Below are positions 29,897-39,492 of a stretch of DNA of 62,272 nt, piece by piece. How positions within the stretch are numbered: the first letter of the stretch is position 1; each line of letters opens with the position of its first letter. Made by a program: the position numbers and the translations under genes. Origin of the DNA: Ectothiorhodospiraceae bacterium (GTDB lineage Bacteria; Pseudomonadota; Gammaproteobacteria; Nitrococcales; Aquisalimonadaceae); contig SLSJ01000027.1 in NCBI GenBank assembly GCA_007130525.1, positions 1 through 62,272 on the forward strand. Direction: 5' to 3'. The notes under the pieces are model-generated. The model saw only the letters and a list, made by a program, of their open reading frames with translations. It was not told the origin of the DNA and searched no databases.

Positions 29897-31069
29897 ATGC
29901 TCAAGCCGCCCGGCGACCGCACCAGTAAATTGACGCTCGGAGTGTCCCCGCAATCGCCGGACCGCAGCTGGCGCGTCGGCCAGGTACTGCGCGCACTGAT
30001 TCGGGAACCAACGACTTCGGGACAGACACGCCTGGCCATCGGCAACCGGGTGTTTGCCCTGGACGGGATGGAGCAACTCCCGGTCGGACAGCGCGTGCGC
30101 GTGCTGGTGGAAGCCCTTGAACCGCAATTGCGCCTGCGACTGCTACCTTCGTCGGCTCCGAACACCATCGGACGCCAGGACGCGCTGCGAGAGCTGCTGC
30201 CGCGCCAGCAGGCCGCCAGCGGGCTACTCGCCGCCGCCGCCGCGGTCAGAGAGGACCCGGCCCGACTACAGGCACTGCCGGCCGGGGTTCGAGACGCGCT
30301 GGCCGAGTTCTGGACCCGGCTTCCGGATGCGGCACGGATCCAGCGTCCGGAAGGTCTGCGCGCCGCGCTTCAGGACAGTGGTCTGCTGTTCGAGCACCGG
30401 CTGTTCGGCATCGCCCGGGGACTGCTTCCTGCCAACACACTTGACGGCGACATGAAGGGACAGCTTGCGCAGCTGCTGAACCGGGTATTCCAGGCGCTGA
30501 CTGCACGGCCGGGCAGCCTTCCTGCCGGGGAACGACCGCCATCGGGGATCGGCCCCGGCCAGCCTGTGCACCCGGTCAACGTCAGCCTTCCTCCCCCGGC
30601 ACAGGCAGGCGAGTTGCTCTCCGAACTGGCCCGTCACGCAGAGGGTGCGCTGGCCCGCGTTCAGACCCTGCAGGTCGGCCTGCTGACCACCGACGGCGGT
30701 TTCCCCTGGTGGGTCGAATTGCCGGTGAAAGATGGCAAACAGGCGGATGTGCTGCAGGTCGGCGTGAATCGGGACGCGGACGGCAGCGGGGGAAAGGAGG
30801 CCTGGACGGTCCAGCTGGCGTTTGATTTCCGGGGCTGGGGACCGGTCCATTGCACGATTACGCTGCAGGGCAGCCGGGTGGGAACCAGCTGGTGGGCGGA
30901 ACAGGCGGCCACCGCCCGACTCATCGACGGTCACCTGCACCTATTGCAGGAACGTCTGGGACAACTGGGTGTCACCGTTGGCGGCCTGCGCTGTGTCCAT
31001 GGCAGCCCGCCGCGGAGCCCATCGCCGTCCGGTACCGAAGGGGGAGGACTGATTGATGAGCGGGCCTGA
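29897..31069 (+). CDS. FliK-like protein (hook-length-control C-terminal domain)
   Basis: LQDSGLLFEHRL..DMKGQL; WVELP..WTVQLAFDFRGWGPVH; ends LIDERA. Confidence 0.75.
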   Translation: MLKPPGDRTSKLTLGVSPQSPDRSWRVGQVLRALIREPTTSGQTRLAIGNRVFALDGMEQLPVGQRVRVLVEALEPQLRLRLLPSSAPNTIGRQDALRELLPRQQAASGLLAAAAAVREDPARLQALPAGVRDALAEFWTRLPDAARIQRPEGLRAALQDSGLLFEHRLFGIARGLLPANTLDGDMKGQLAQLLNRVFQALTARPGSLPAGERPPSGIGPGQPVHPVNVSLPPPAQAGELLSELARHAEGALARVQTLQVGLLTTDGGFPWWVELPVKDGKQADVLQVGVNRDADGSGGKEAWTVQLAFDFRGWGPVHCTITLQGSRVGTSWWAEQAATARLIDGHLHLLQERLGQLGVTVGGLRCVHGSPPRSPSPSGTEGGGLIDERA

Positions 31070-31364
31070 GCGGAAAACGCCACCGGGGACGCCGCTGGCA
31101 GTCGCGCTTCAGTATGACGGCGGCCGGGCGCCGCGGGTCACGGCCAAGGGCATGGGGGAGTTGGCGGAGCGGATCGTGGCGCTTGCGCAGGCACACGAGG
31201 TTCCACTGGAACGGGACCGCGCCCTGGCCCGGCTGCTGTCATCGCTGGAGCTGGAGGAGGAAATCCCCGAGACCTTGTACCGCGTTGTCGCCGAGGTGCT
31301 GGCCTTCGCCTATTTGCTCAAGGGGCGCCATCCGGGGCCGGACACCGACGCGGACAGCAACTAA
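31053..31364 (+). CDS. Stand-alone FlhB C-terminal-like (EscU/YscU family) protein
   Basis: AVALQYD..APRVTAKG.GELAERI..EEIPETLYRVVAEVLAF. Confidence 0.9.
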   Translation: MMSGPERKTPPGTPLAVALQYDGGRAPRVTAKGMGELAERIVALAQAHEVPLERDRALARLLSSLELEEEIPETLYRVVAEVLAFAYLLKGRHPGPDTDADSN

Positions 31365-31366
31365 CC

Positions 31367-31546
31367 AGCCCGCATATCTCACCGCCCATCCACTACGCCT
31401 GCCGATCTGCTCGCTGTGTCGAGGCGTACTCCCCCGCCAGCCGGCTCGACGTAGTGTCAGCTACGCTTTCGCCGTTTTTCGGTCCCTGCCCCGTCACATC
31501 GGCATCTCGACGCCCTCGCGACGAACGGCGGTGAGATATGCGGGCT
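31367..31546. mobile_element. ~180-bp MITE-like repeat, copy 4 (perfect 20-bp TIRs)
   Basis: AGCCCGCATATCTCACCGCC / GGCGGTGAGATATGCGGGCT; fills the gap between convergent genes. Confidence 0.9.
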
Positions 31547-31925
31547 AGCTGTCCTCCCGGTGCAGCAACAGCACCAGGTCCGCCTCCACCTGGCTCAGCC
31601 CGCAAGTCTGGATGATATCCTCGCGGCTGGCGCCGCGCCGCGCCATGCGAATTGCCTGCTCGAACACTTCGGCGCCACTGCCACGGGCAGCCAGTGTTGT
31701 GAGCTGCTCCTTCAGACGTGTCAACTCCCGCCGGACACGGACGACCTGCTCCCCGTGACTGACGGCACCGGCAGACAGCGCCCTGACCGCCTCGGCGTCC
31801 TGCCGCCGGCCCGCCTCCAGAGCCGACAGTCGCTGCCCCAGACGCCTGTACCGCCGGTGTACGAACAACCAGACAATCAACACCAAGACCAGCGCCGACA
31901 CAGCCAGCGCCAGGCTCATGGCCAT
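31545..31925 (-). CDS. DUF2802-family membrane-anchored protein
   Basis: N-terminal TM, coiled coil, AIRMARRGAS..CGLSQVEADL; usual position after cheW. Confidence 0.85.
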   Translation of the reverse strand: MAMSLALAVSALVLVLIVWLFVHRRYRRLGQRLSALEAGRRQDAEAVRALSAGAVSHGEQVVRVRRELTRLKEQLTTLAARGSGAEVFEQAIRMARRGASREDIIQTCGLSQVEADLVLLLHREDS

Positions 31926-32035
31926 GCCTCCCGAAACCCGACGCGATGATACCTGTTCGCCATGCGGGACTCATCCCGATTGCCGCCCCCGGCATGCATT
32001 GTGCGAGCCCCTGCCGGTCCAGGCAAGCGCCCCGT

Positions 32036-32539
32036 CTACAGCGAGGCGACCTCCTGCCATTCCTCCGTGGTCAGCAGTTTGTTCACGTCCACCAGAATCA
32101 GCAGATCCTCGCCCCGACTAACCACGCCGTGGATGTAGCGGGATGCTTCCTCGTTGCCCACGTTGGGTGCGGCATCGATCTCGTCCGCCTGAACACTGAC
32201 CACCTCGGTGACACTGTCCACCAGGATGCCCGTCACCTGCGCGTCCGTCTCAATGACCACAATGCGGCTGGCACTGTCTGTCTCGCGGGACTCCAGGCCG
32301 AACCGCATGCGGGTGTCTATTACCGTCACGACATTGCCACGCAGATTGATGATGCCCAGCACGTAGGGCGGCGCGCCGGGGACGGGTGCGATCTCGCTCA
32401 TGGGCAGCACTTCCTGCACCCGCATGACATCGATGCCGTAGGTCTCTTCGGCCAGTGAGAACGTCACCCACTGGTTCGCAATACCGGCATCCTCCTGCCC
32501 GGCATCCTGTCGTTTGTTCACTGCCTGCTTGTCAGCCAT
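32036..32539 (-). CDS. cheW: Chemotaxis coupling protein CheW
   Basis: QWVTF..YGIDVMRVQEV..GIINLRGNVVTVID. Confidence 0.95.
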   Translation of the reverse strand: MADKQAVNKRQDAGQEDAGIANQWVTFSLAEETYGIDVMRVQEVLPMSEIAPVPGAPPYVLGIINLRGNVVTVIDTRMRFGLESRETDSASRIVVIETDAQVTGILVDSVTEVVSVQADEIDAAPNVGNEEASRYIHGVVSRGEDLLILVDVNKLLTTEEWQEVASL

Positions 32540-32555
32540 GCGCATCCCCTCGAAC

Positions 32556-32582
32556 GTATCGGCCTTGTTGCAAGGTTACTAA
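32556..32582 (-). promoter_or_regulatory. Possible sigma28 promoter for cheW
   Basis: TTAG-N15-GCCGATAC on the minus strand; weak -35 element. Confidence 0.4.
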
Positions 32583-32591
32583 CCTGCCCGA

Positions 32592-33398
32592 TTAGTCATA
32601 TCGGCCGGCAACCGGCGAGGTTGAGGCCGTGCCAGCCAGCATATCCGCGAAGGCGGCGGTATCCACCAGCGCGCACAGGTGGCCAATGACCGTACCGGCC
32701 AGCCAGGGGCGCTTGCTGTGACAGGTACGCCACTTGACTTCGTCCGGCTGCAGGCGCACCACATCACCGATGCCATGACAGGCAAGCCCCCAACTGCCGT
32801 CACCGACCACGAGAATGTGGTCCGGCTCCGCCCGCGCCTCCGACGCGTACCGCATGCTCTCCGGCAACACCATGGCGGCGGTGTCAATGACACGAACCTT
32901 CCGCTCCCGGTAAGGCATCAGCCCCATGAACCAGGATGGGTGATTGGGTATGGCGGTCACACCCACGTCGCTCCATGGCACGACGCTGTGCAGTTCCGTC
33001 AACGGCACCGCAAGCCGCAGGCCAGCGACGTAAAAGAACAGCGACAGAAACTCGCGATCCACCCAGTCCTGCGGTGAGGCCGCCAGCCCCTCCGGCTCAG
33101 CCGACGCCGGCTCGGCCTTGGCCACCGGCGCCACGGGATCCGGCTCAGGATCGGCGACCTCACGTCGCGCGGCCGGGTCGGACGGCGGTTCCTGGCGGAA
33201 CAGAGACCGGAGGGGTGCCTCCACCGCTGCCGACTCCTGCACGGCTTCCGCCAGGGGCGCGGACGCCGGCGGGGATTCCCCCACCGCCACCGGTCCAGGA
33301 TCGTCCGGAATGTCCTGCAGCAGCGCATCCAGGTAGTGCCAGACCGCATCCCGGGAATCCACGAGTTCCAGGACCACTGTATTCTCTGATCTATTCAT
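32592..33398 (-). CDS. CheW-like (ParP-type) protein
   Basis: YLDALL N-terminus; LFFYVAGLRLAVPL..WGLAC..RPWLAGTV..CALVD. Confidence 0.85.
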   Translation of the reverse strand: MNRSENTVVLELVDSRDAVWHYLDALLQDIPDDPGPVAVGESPPASAPLAEAVQESAAVEAPLRSLFRQEPPSDPAARREVADPEPDPVAPVAKAEPASAEPEGLAASPQDWVDREFLSLFFYVAGLRLAVPLTELHSVVPWSDVGVTAIPNHPSWFMGLMPYRERKVRVIDTAAMVLPESMRYASEARAEPDHILVVGDGSWGLACHGIGDVVRLQPDEVKWRTCHSKRPWLAGTVIGHLCALVDTAAFADMLAGTASTSPVAGRYD

Positions 33399-34185
33399 CA
33401 CCCACCGCCCGCGACAGTGTGTCACCATCATCCAGTAAGCTCTGCAGGAGGTTCCGGTACGCCTGACTGCCCCGAGACCACGGATGCAACACCGTCAGGG
33501 GCACGCCCTGCCGGCTGGCCTCGCGGAATTGCGTGTCGATCGGAATGGCTCCGTGCCACAGGTGGTCCGGAAACCGTCTGCGCAGCTCCCGCAAGGTATC
33601 AACCGATGCCCGGGTCCGCCGATCGAACAGTGTCGGCACGATCCGGTAGGGCAGCTCCCGGGCGCGGGACTTCTGTACCATGTCCAGCGTGTGAATCATC
33701 CGCTCCAGCCCCTTCAGCGCCAGGAACTCCGTCTGCACCGGCACCAGCAGCTCGTCGCAGGCGGCCAGCGCGTTGATCATCAGCACGCCCAGCATGGGCG
33801 GACAGTCTATGAATACCACGTCGAAGCGGTCGGCCAGTTGCCGCAACGCCCGGTGCAACACCAGGCCCTTACCGTGCCGCGCCCCTAACTGGCGGTCCAG
33901 CGTCGCCAGCGCCGTGCTGGCGGGCAGCAGACTGATACCGTCCACATCCGTTTGCCGGGGCAGATCCGGGAGCCGGTCGGCGTCGAAATCATCACGGAAG
34001 AGTTCATAGACAGCAGGGCTCACGGATTCGGGGACGAAACCGAAATAGGCGGTCATCGAGCCGTGTGGATCCATATCGACCAGCAGCACGTTGCACCCCC
34101 GGTTGGCCAGCAGGCCGGCCAGGTTGACGGCGGTCGTTGTCTTGCCGACCCCTCCCTTCTGATTCGAAATCGCCCAGACTTTCAT
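33391..34185 (-). CDS. ParA-family ATPase of the chemotaxis cluster (ParC-like)
   Basis: NQKGGVGKTT, DMDPHGS, IDCPP, VPVQTEFLA. Confidence 0.9.
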   Translation of the reverse strand: MKVWAISNQKGGVGKTTTAVNLAGLLANRGCNVLLVDMDPHGSMTAYFGFVPESVSPAVYELFRDDFDADRLPDLPRQTDVDGISLLPASTALATLDRQLGARHGKGLVLHRALRQLADRFDVVFIDCPPMLGVLMINALAACDELLVPVQTEFLALKGLERMIHTLDMVQKSRARELPYRIVPTLFDRRTRASVDTLRELRRRFPDHLWHGAIPIDTQFREASRQGVPLTVLHPWSRGSQAYRNLLQSLLDDGDTLSRAVGDE

Positions 34186-34206
34186 CACCCGCCATCCTCG
34201 CCGTTG

Positions 34207-35274
34207 CTATCGCAACTGAGCCAGTCCATCCGCGATCGAATCCAGCGGCAGGATGCGATTGGTGAGACCTGCCCTGGCTACGGCCGCCGGCATACCATAA
34301 ATCACCGACGTCGCCTCGTCCTGGGCCCAGATGTGCGAGCCGCCCTGTTTCAGCCGCTTGGCACCCTCGCAGCCGTCCGCCCCCATGCCAGTCAGCACGA
34401 TCCCAAGCGCGCGACCGGGACAGGCCTCGGCGGCAGAAGCAAAGGCCACATCGACGCTGGGCTTGTAGAACTGCGTGGCGCTGGGCTCCAGCAGCCGAAC
34501 CGTCAATACGCCACGTCGGATCAGGCCCAGATGGCGCCCCCCGGGCGCGAGCAGCGCCAGGCCCGGCCGCAGAACGTCCCCCTCCTCCGCCTCGCGCACC
34601 TGTACGGCGCACTGCTCGTTGACCCGCTGGGCAAAGGTCCTAGTGAAATTGGCCGGCATGTGCTGAACCAGCACGATAGGCAGCGAAAAGTCGGCCGGGA
34701 GGCGCGTCAACAATCGCCGTAACGCCACTGGCCCACCGGTGGAAGCTCCGATGATCACCACGTCCAGCGCGCTGGCACGCAGCCCGCGTGCGGGGCGGGC
34801 CGGCGCATGCTGGGCTGCGGGACCCGGGACCGCCGCAGCAGACCGCTCCGCCGATGCCAATGCAGTCAAGGTGCGTTGGCGACCCACCGCCTGGACCCGC
34901 TGCTGCAATTGCTGCCGGGCCTTTCCAGCATCCGACGAAATGTCGGAAAAGCGTTTGGGCAGAAAATCCACCGCCCCGGCGTCCAGCGCATCCAGGGTGG
35001 CCTTGGTCCCCTCAACGGTCAGCGACGAGAACATGAGCACCGGTGTTGGCTGACGCCGCATGATCTCCCGGACGGCAGAGATGCCGTCCAGTCCCGGCAT
35101 CTCGATATCCATGGTAACCACATCCGGACGCAGCTTGATGACCTGCTCCACGGCATCCCAACCGTTGGTCGCCTCGCCAATGACCACGATGCCTGTATCG
35201 GCAGTGAGAATCTCCCGGATGCGCCGACGGAAGAAACGGGAGTCGTCGACGACCAGTACCCGAACCTTGTGCAA
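34207..35274 (-). CDS. cheB: Chemotaxis methylesterase CheB
   Basis: Receiver VVDDS..MDIEMP; GASTGGP, VQHMP, LTGMGADG. Confidence 0.95.
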   Translation of the reverse strand: MHKVRVLVVDDSRFFRRRIREILTADTGIVVIGEATNGWDAVEQVIKLRPDVVTMDIEMPGLDGISAVREIMRRQPTPVLMFSSLTVEGTKATLDALDAGAVDFLPKRFSDISSDAGKARQQLQQRVQAVGRQRTLTALASAERSAAAVPGPAAQHAPARPARGLRASALDVVIIGASTGGPVALRRLLTRLPADFSLPIVLVQHMPANFTRTFAQRVNEQCAVQVREAEEGDVLRPGLALLAPGGRHLGLIRRGVLTVRLLEPSATQFYKPSVDVAFASAAEACPGRALGIVLTGMGADGCEGAKRLKQGGSHIWAQDEATSVIYGMPAAVARAGLTNRILPLDSIADGLAQLR

Positions 35275-35297
35275 ACTTGTCCCCTTATGCTGTCCGT

Positions 35298-37412
35298 TTA
35301 CAACATCCCGCCGTAGGATTTCACCAGGCCGGGGATGTCGATGATCAGGGAAATGCGCCCGTCACCGGTGATTGTGGACCCGGCCAGCCCGGGCAGCCCC
35401 TGAAGCATGGAGCCCAGCGGCTTGATCACCACCTCCTCCAGGCCCACCACGTCGTCCACCACGAATCCGATAGGCTGGTGGCCCAGCACCACGGTAACCA
35501 CCTGCTGTGATTGCGGTCGGCTATTGCCGCCCTCCTCACCAAACGCCTGCACATCGTTGATCCGCTGAATCCAGCGATCCAGAAAGAACAGGGGCATGGC
35601 CTTGTTCCGCACCATGACTACCTGACGCCCATCCACTTCCTTGGTGCGCGACATATCCAGCTCGAAGATTTCCTTGACCACCGACATGGGCAATGCAAAC
35701 TTGCGCTGATCCAGCGTGACCATCAGGGTGGGTAGGATTGCCAGAGTCAACGGAACCTTGATCCGCAGCGTGGTTCCCACACCCAGCTGGGAGGAGATAT
35801 CCACCGTGCCGTTGAGCTGCGAGATGCGCGTCTTCACCACATCCATGCCGACGCCGCGGCCGGAGACATCGGAAATTTCCTCCTTGGTGGAGAAACCCGG
35901 CGTGAAGATCAGGTTGAAGCAGTCGGTGTCGTCCAACCGGGCCGCCGTTTCCGCGTCCATGAGCCCCTTTTCCACCACCTTGCGCCGCAGGGCGTCCGGA
36001 TCCATGCCCTTGCCGTCGTCAGCAATGATCAGCAGGATGTGATCGCCCTCTTGCTCGGCCGAGAGCTTGATGCGGCCGGTTGCCGGCTTGCCGGCGGCGC
36101 TACGCTCTTCCGGCGACTCGATGCCGTGGTCGCAGGAATTGCGTACCAGGTGAATCAGGGGATCGGCCAGAGCCTCCACCAGGTTCTTGTCCAGGTCGGT
36201 CTCCTCGCCGCGCATCTCCAACTCGATGGTCTTGCCCAGCCCGCGCGCAAGGTCCCGCACAAGCCGGGGGAAACGACCGAACACCTTCTTGATCGGCTGC
36301 ATGCGGGTCTGCATGACCGCAGCCTGCAGATCTGACGTCACCAGTTCCAAATCGCCCACCGTCGGCGCCAGGCGCTCGTCATCCACCTGCTGACGCAGTG
36401 TGCTGAGCCGGTTGCGCACCAGCACCAGTTCCCCCACCAGATTCATAATGTCGTCCAGCTTCGCGGTATCCACCCGCACGGTGGTTTCGGTGCGGCCGGC
36501 GGCAGCCCTGGCCTTGTCCTCGAGCACGCCAACCGTGGGGCCGGGCGCATGGGCGGAGGATCGGCCTGAGGCGGGCGCATCGTCCGGATGCCGGTCGGCG
36601 GCATCCGCCGTCGGTTGTGCCACCGGCCCTCTGCCCTTTCCATGGAGCTCATCGAGGAGTTGCTCGAACTCGTCTTCGGAGATCAGGTCGTCATCGCGCC
36701 CAGCGTCTCCACCATTGCCGGCGTCGGCCGCTGCCTGATCAACGGATTCCCTTTCAGGAACCCCCTGGTGTTTGCCCTTGCCGTGCAGCTGATCGAGAAC
36801 AGCCTCGAATTCATCTTCGGTGATCTTGTCGTCTCTTGCTGCCGCATCATCAGCGGATGCGCCGGCTTCCGGGTGCGCCTGTCCGCCCGGTTCTTCCAGG
36901 GTGTCGAGCAGCTGCTCGAACTCGTCGTCACTGATATCGCCCGGCCCGGGTTGTGTCTGTTCCGGGACCTCCTTTGGCACGGCGGACACTGGGCCGGATT
37001 CCCGTCCATTCGCGGACACCGTGCCCGTTTCAGCCAGCTGCTCCAGTGCCCGAAGCAGCCCCGCCGGCGCCTCGTCCGGACGCTCCCCGGCTTCCAGCCG
37101 GTCGAACTGGGCGTTGACGACGTCCAGCGCCTGCAGTACGTGATCCATCAACTCCGCCGTGACCTGGCGCTCGCCATTGCGCAGCAGGTTGAACAGATCC
37201 TCGGTTCGGTGGCAGACCTCCACCAGTGGTTCCAGGGCCAGGAAACCGGCACCGCCCTTGATGGTGTGAAATCCGCGGAAGACGGCATTCAGCAATTCCG
37301 TGTCGTCGCCACGCTGCTCCAGCTCCACAAGCTGTCCGCCAAGTGCGTCGAGGATCTCCCGCGACTCCACCAGAAAGTCCTGAAGAATATCGTCTCCGGT
37401 GTCGATACTCAT
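35298..37412 (-). CDS. cheA: Chemotaxis histidine kinase CheA
   Basis: FRGFHTIKGGA Hpt; HLVRNSCDHG, DDGKG, GRGVGMDVV; C-terminal CheW-like domain. Confidence 0.95.
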   Translation of the reverse strand: MSIDTGDDILQDFLVESREILDALGGQLVELEQRGDDTELLNAVFRGFHTIKGGAGFLALEPLVEVCHRTEDLFNLLRNGERQVTAELMDHVLQALDVVNAQFDRLEAGERPDEAPAGLLRALEQLAETGTVSANGRESGPVSAVPKEVPEQTQPGPGDISDDEFEQLLDTLEEPGGQAHPEAGASADDAAARDDKITEDEFEAVLDQLHGKGKHQGVPERESVDQAAADAGNGGDAGRDDDLISEDEFEQLLDELHGKGRGPVAQPTADAADRHPDDAPASGRSSAHAPGPTVGVLEDKARAAAGRTETTVRVDTAKLDDIMNLVGELVLVRNRLSTLRQQVDDERLAPTVGDLELVTSDLQAAVMQTRMQPIKKVFGRFPRLVRDLARGLGKTIELEMRGEETDLDKNLVEALADPLIHLVRNSCDHGIESPEERSAAGKPATGRIKLSAEQEGDHILLIIADDGKGMDPDALRRKVVEKGLMDAETAARLDDTDCFNLIFTPGFSTKEEISDVSGRGVGMDVVKTRISQLNGTVDISSQLGVGTTLRIKVPLTLAILPTLMVTLDQRKFALPMSVVKEIFELDMSRTKEVDGRQVVMVRNKAMPLFFLDRWIQRINDVQAFGEEGGNSRPQSQQVVTVVLGHQPIGFVVDDVVGLEEVVIKPLGSMLQGLPGLAGSTITGDGRISLIIDIPGLVKSYGGML

Positions 37413-37476
37413 ACCTGATCCCGTATTCTCCGACGCCACCGCGGGCGGATACCCGGCGCGGCGAGTGACTCAGGCT

Positions 37477-38232
37477 CTAGAATCCAAGACTGGACAGCAG
37501 GTCATCCACTTCGTCCTGACCTTTGACGGCACCGGCGGACTCACGCCCGGGCACCTGAGGGCCTTCAAGCTGGCCCTGACCTGATGGCTGCCTGCACCTG
37601 TTATCGGCAGCTTCCCCTATTTCCTCACCCCTGCTGTGGCCGGCCAGGGAAATCAGCGACACCAGGCTGGTCTCGACCTCCTGCACCAGGCTGATCACCC
37701 GGCGGATGACCTGTCCGGTGAGATCCTGGTAATCCTGTGCCATCAGAGCATCGGTCAGGTGGCCCTGCACCTGCTCGGCATCCGCCCCCACGTGCTGCAG
37801 AAACGTCTCCAGATCTCGGCTGAGCTCCCGGAACTGCTCCGCTGAAAGCTCCCGCGACCGAAACTGGCGCCAACGCCGGAACAGAGCACCACCTTCACCG
37901 GCAAACCGACCCACCACCGGCAGGCTCTCCTCAATGGCGGTCAGCGTGCGGTGGGCGGACTGTTCGGTCATGTTGATGACGTGATTCAGCCGATCCTGGG
38001 CATCGGGGATCTCGCCGGCCAGCTCGGTGAGCCGGGAATCAACGCGAAACGCCTTCAGTGCCTCGTGCAGGTCGCGGGTAAGCTGGCCGAGCTCCTGGAA
38101 AAGCTGGGTTTCACGGATCCGGGTCAGCTCGTCCAGATGCTCCTGGATCGCGTCGGTCGCTCCGTCTTCCAGCCGCTCCACGAGCTTTCGCGCGGTCACC
38201 AGCAGGGCATCGTCGTCCGAACGTTCGCTCAT
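37477..38232 (-). CDS. cheZ: Chemotaxis phosphatase CheZ
   Basis: GQLTRDLH, AQDYQDLTGQ, QDEVDDLLSSLGF. Confidence 0.95.
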   Translation of the reverse strand: MSERSDDDALLVTARKLVERLEDGATDAIQEHLDELTRIRETQLFQELGQLTRDLHEALKAFRVDSRLTELAGEIPDAQDRLNHVINMTEQSAHRTLTAIEESLPVVGRFAGEGGALFRRWRQFRSRELSAEQFRELSRDLETFLQHVGADAEQVQGHLTDALMAQDYQDLTGQVIRRVISLVQEVETSLVSLISLAGHSRGEEIGEAADNRCRQPSGQGQLEGPQVPGRESAGAVKGQDEVDDLLSSLGF

Positions 38233-38235
38233 GGT

Positions 38236-38634
38236 TCAGCTTCCTGCGCCAATCCGTTCGAAGATCTTCTCGATCTTCTCCTTGAGGGTATTGGCTGTGA
38301 ACGGCTTCACGATGTAGCCGTTCACGCCGGCCTGGGCCGCCTCGATGATCTGATCACGCTTGGACTCGGCCGTCACCATGAGCACGGGCAGCGAACGCAG
38401 GTCGGCGTCTGCCCGGACCTCCTTCAGAAGCTCCAGTCCGGTCATCCCCGGCATGTTCCAGTCGGTCACCAGAAAATCGATGTCACCCTTTTTCAGGATT
38501 GGCAGGGCCGTGTTGCCGTCATCGGCCTCGACGGTGTTGTTGAAACCGAGGTCGCGCAGAAGATTCTTGACAATGCGACGCATCGTGGAGAAATCGTCCA
38601 CGATGAGTATCTTCATGTTCTTATCCAGAGACAC
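38236..38634 (-). CDS. cheY: Chemotaxis response regulator CheY
   Basis: [29 protein letters not shown]; GTG start after GAGAGGG, exact start uncertain. Confidence 0.95.
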   Translation of the reverse strand: MSLDKNMKILIVDDFSTMRRIVKNLLRDLGFNNTVEADDGNTALPILKKGDIDFLVTDWNMPGMTGLELLKEVRADADLRSLPVLMVTAESKRDQIIEAAQAGVNGYIVKPFTANTLKEKIEKIFERIGAGS

Positions 38635-38763
38635 AATCACTAACCCTCTCAATACAAGGCGTTTGCTGCATGGGCATACCCCAGGCATGTGGCGGGTCAA
38701 CGACCGGACATCACGGCACCGTCGTCAGCGATCCCGTGCCACCGCGGGCGCATAATGCACCGG

Positions 38764-39492
38764 CTAGTGTTCTATCCAATCGGCAAGGTAGCTGCGTAAC
38801 TTGAGGATGATGCGACCGTGAATCTGGCTGACCCGCGATTCACTCACCCCCAGCACCGCACCGATCTCCTTCAGGTTGAGCTCCTGGTCGTAATACAGGG
38901 ACATGATCAATTGCTCGCGTTCGGGCAACTGACGGATGGCATCGGCCAGGGATTTCCGGAACCCGTCCTCCTCCAGTTCGTCCGCCGGTTCCGGCGTATT
39001 CCCCGCAGGCTCCCGGAGTTCCCCGGTTTCCGGGTTCTCCTGATCAATGCTGAAAATTCGTGAGGTACAACTGTCACGCACGATCTGATGATATTCCTCT
39101 GCACTGATACCCAGAGCCTCGATCACTTCGCTGTCCCGAGCGTCGCGTCCCGTGGCATTCTCGATCTCGCGAATCACCCGCGCCACCTCGCGCCACTTCC
39201 GATGCACCGACCGGGGAGTCCAGTCCATGCGGCGAATCTCGTCCAGCATGGCGCCCCGGATGCGGATACCGGCATAGGTCTGGAAGCTGGCGCCCTGCCG
39301 GGCATCAAACTGACGGGCTGCTTCCATCAACCCGATCATGCCGGCCTGGATCAGGTCGTCGAGCAGCACCGTATCGGGCAACCGTGCAGCCAGGTGATGC
39401 GCAATTCGCTTGACCAGCGACGCATGCTGCATCACCAGATCATTGTTTCCCTGGGCCTCCACGGCCTGATAAGCGGCGGTCGGCACTTTCAT
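38764..39492 (-). CDS. fliA: Flagellar sigma factor FliA (sigma28)
   Basis: DLIQAGMIGL, YAGIRIRGAMLDE, LKEIGAVLGVSESRVSQIH. Confidence 0.95.
   Translation of the reverse strand: MKVPTAAYQAVEAQGNNDLVMQHASLVKRIAHHLAARLPDTVLLDDLIQAGMIGLMEAARQFDARQGASFQTYAGIRIRGAMLDEIRRMDWTPRSVHRKWREVARVIREIENATGRDARDSEVIEALGISAEEYHQIVRDSCTSRIFSIDQENPETGELREPAGNTPEPADELEEDGFRKSLADAIRQLPEREQLIMSLYYDQELNLKEIGAVLGVSESRVSQIHGRIILKLRSYLADWIEH

Noticed and set aside
34186-34206. Absence of motCD between cheB and the ParA gene
   Set aside because: Differs from the Pseudomonas order, but motAB is present nearby and such variation is common
36640-36940. Three I(S/T)xDEFExxLD repeats in the CheA linker
   Set aside because: Familiar feature of Pseudomonas/Vibrio-type CheA proteins
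38777-38804. TCAA..GCCGATTG sigma28-like site in the fliA 3' end, upstream of cheY
   Set aside because: Plausible, but the spacer is 16 bp and it lies in coding sequence, so it was not called
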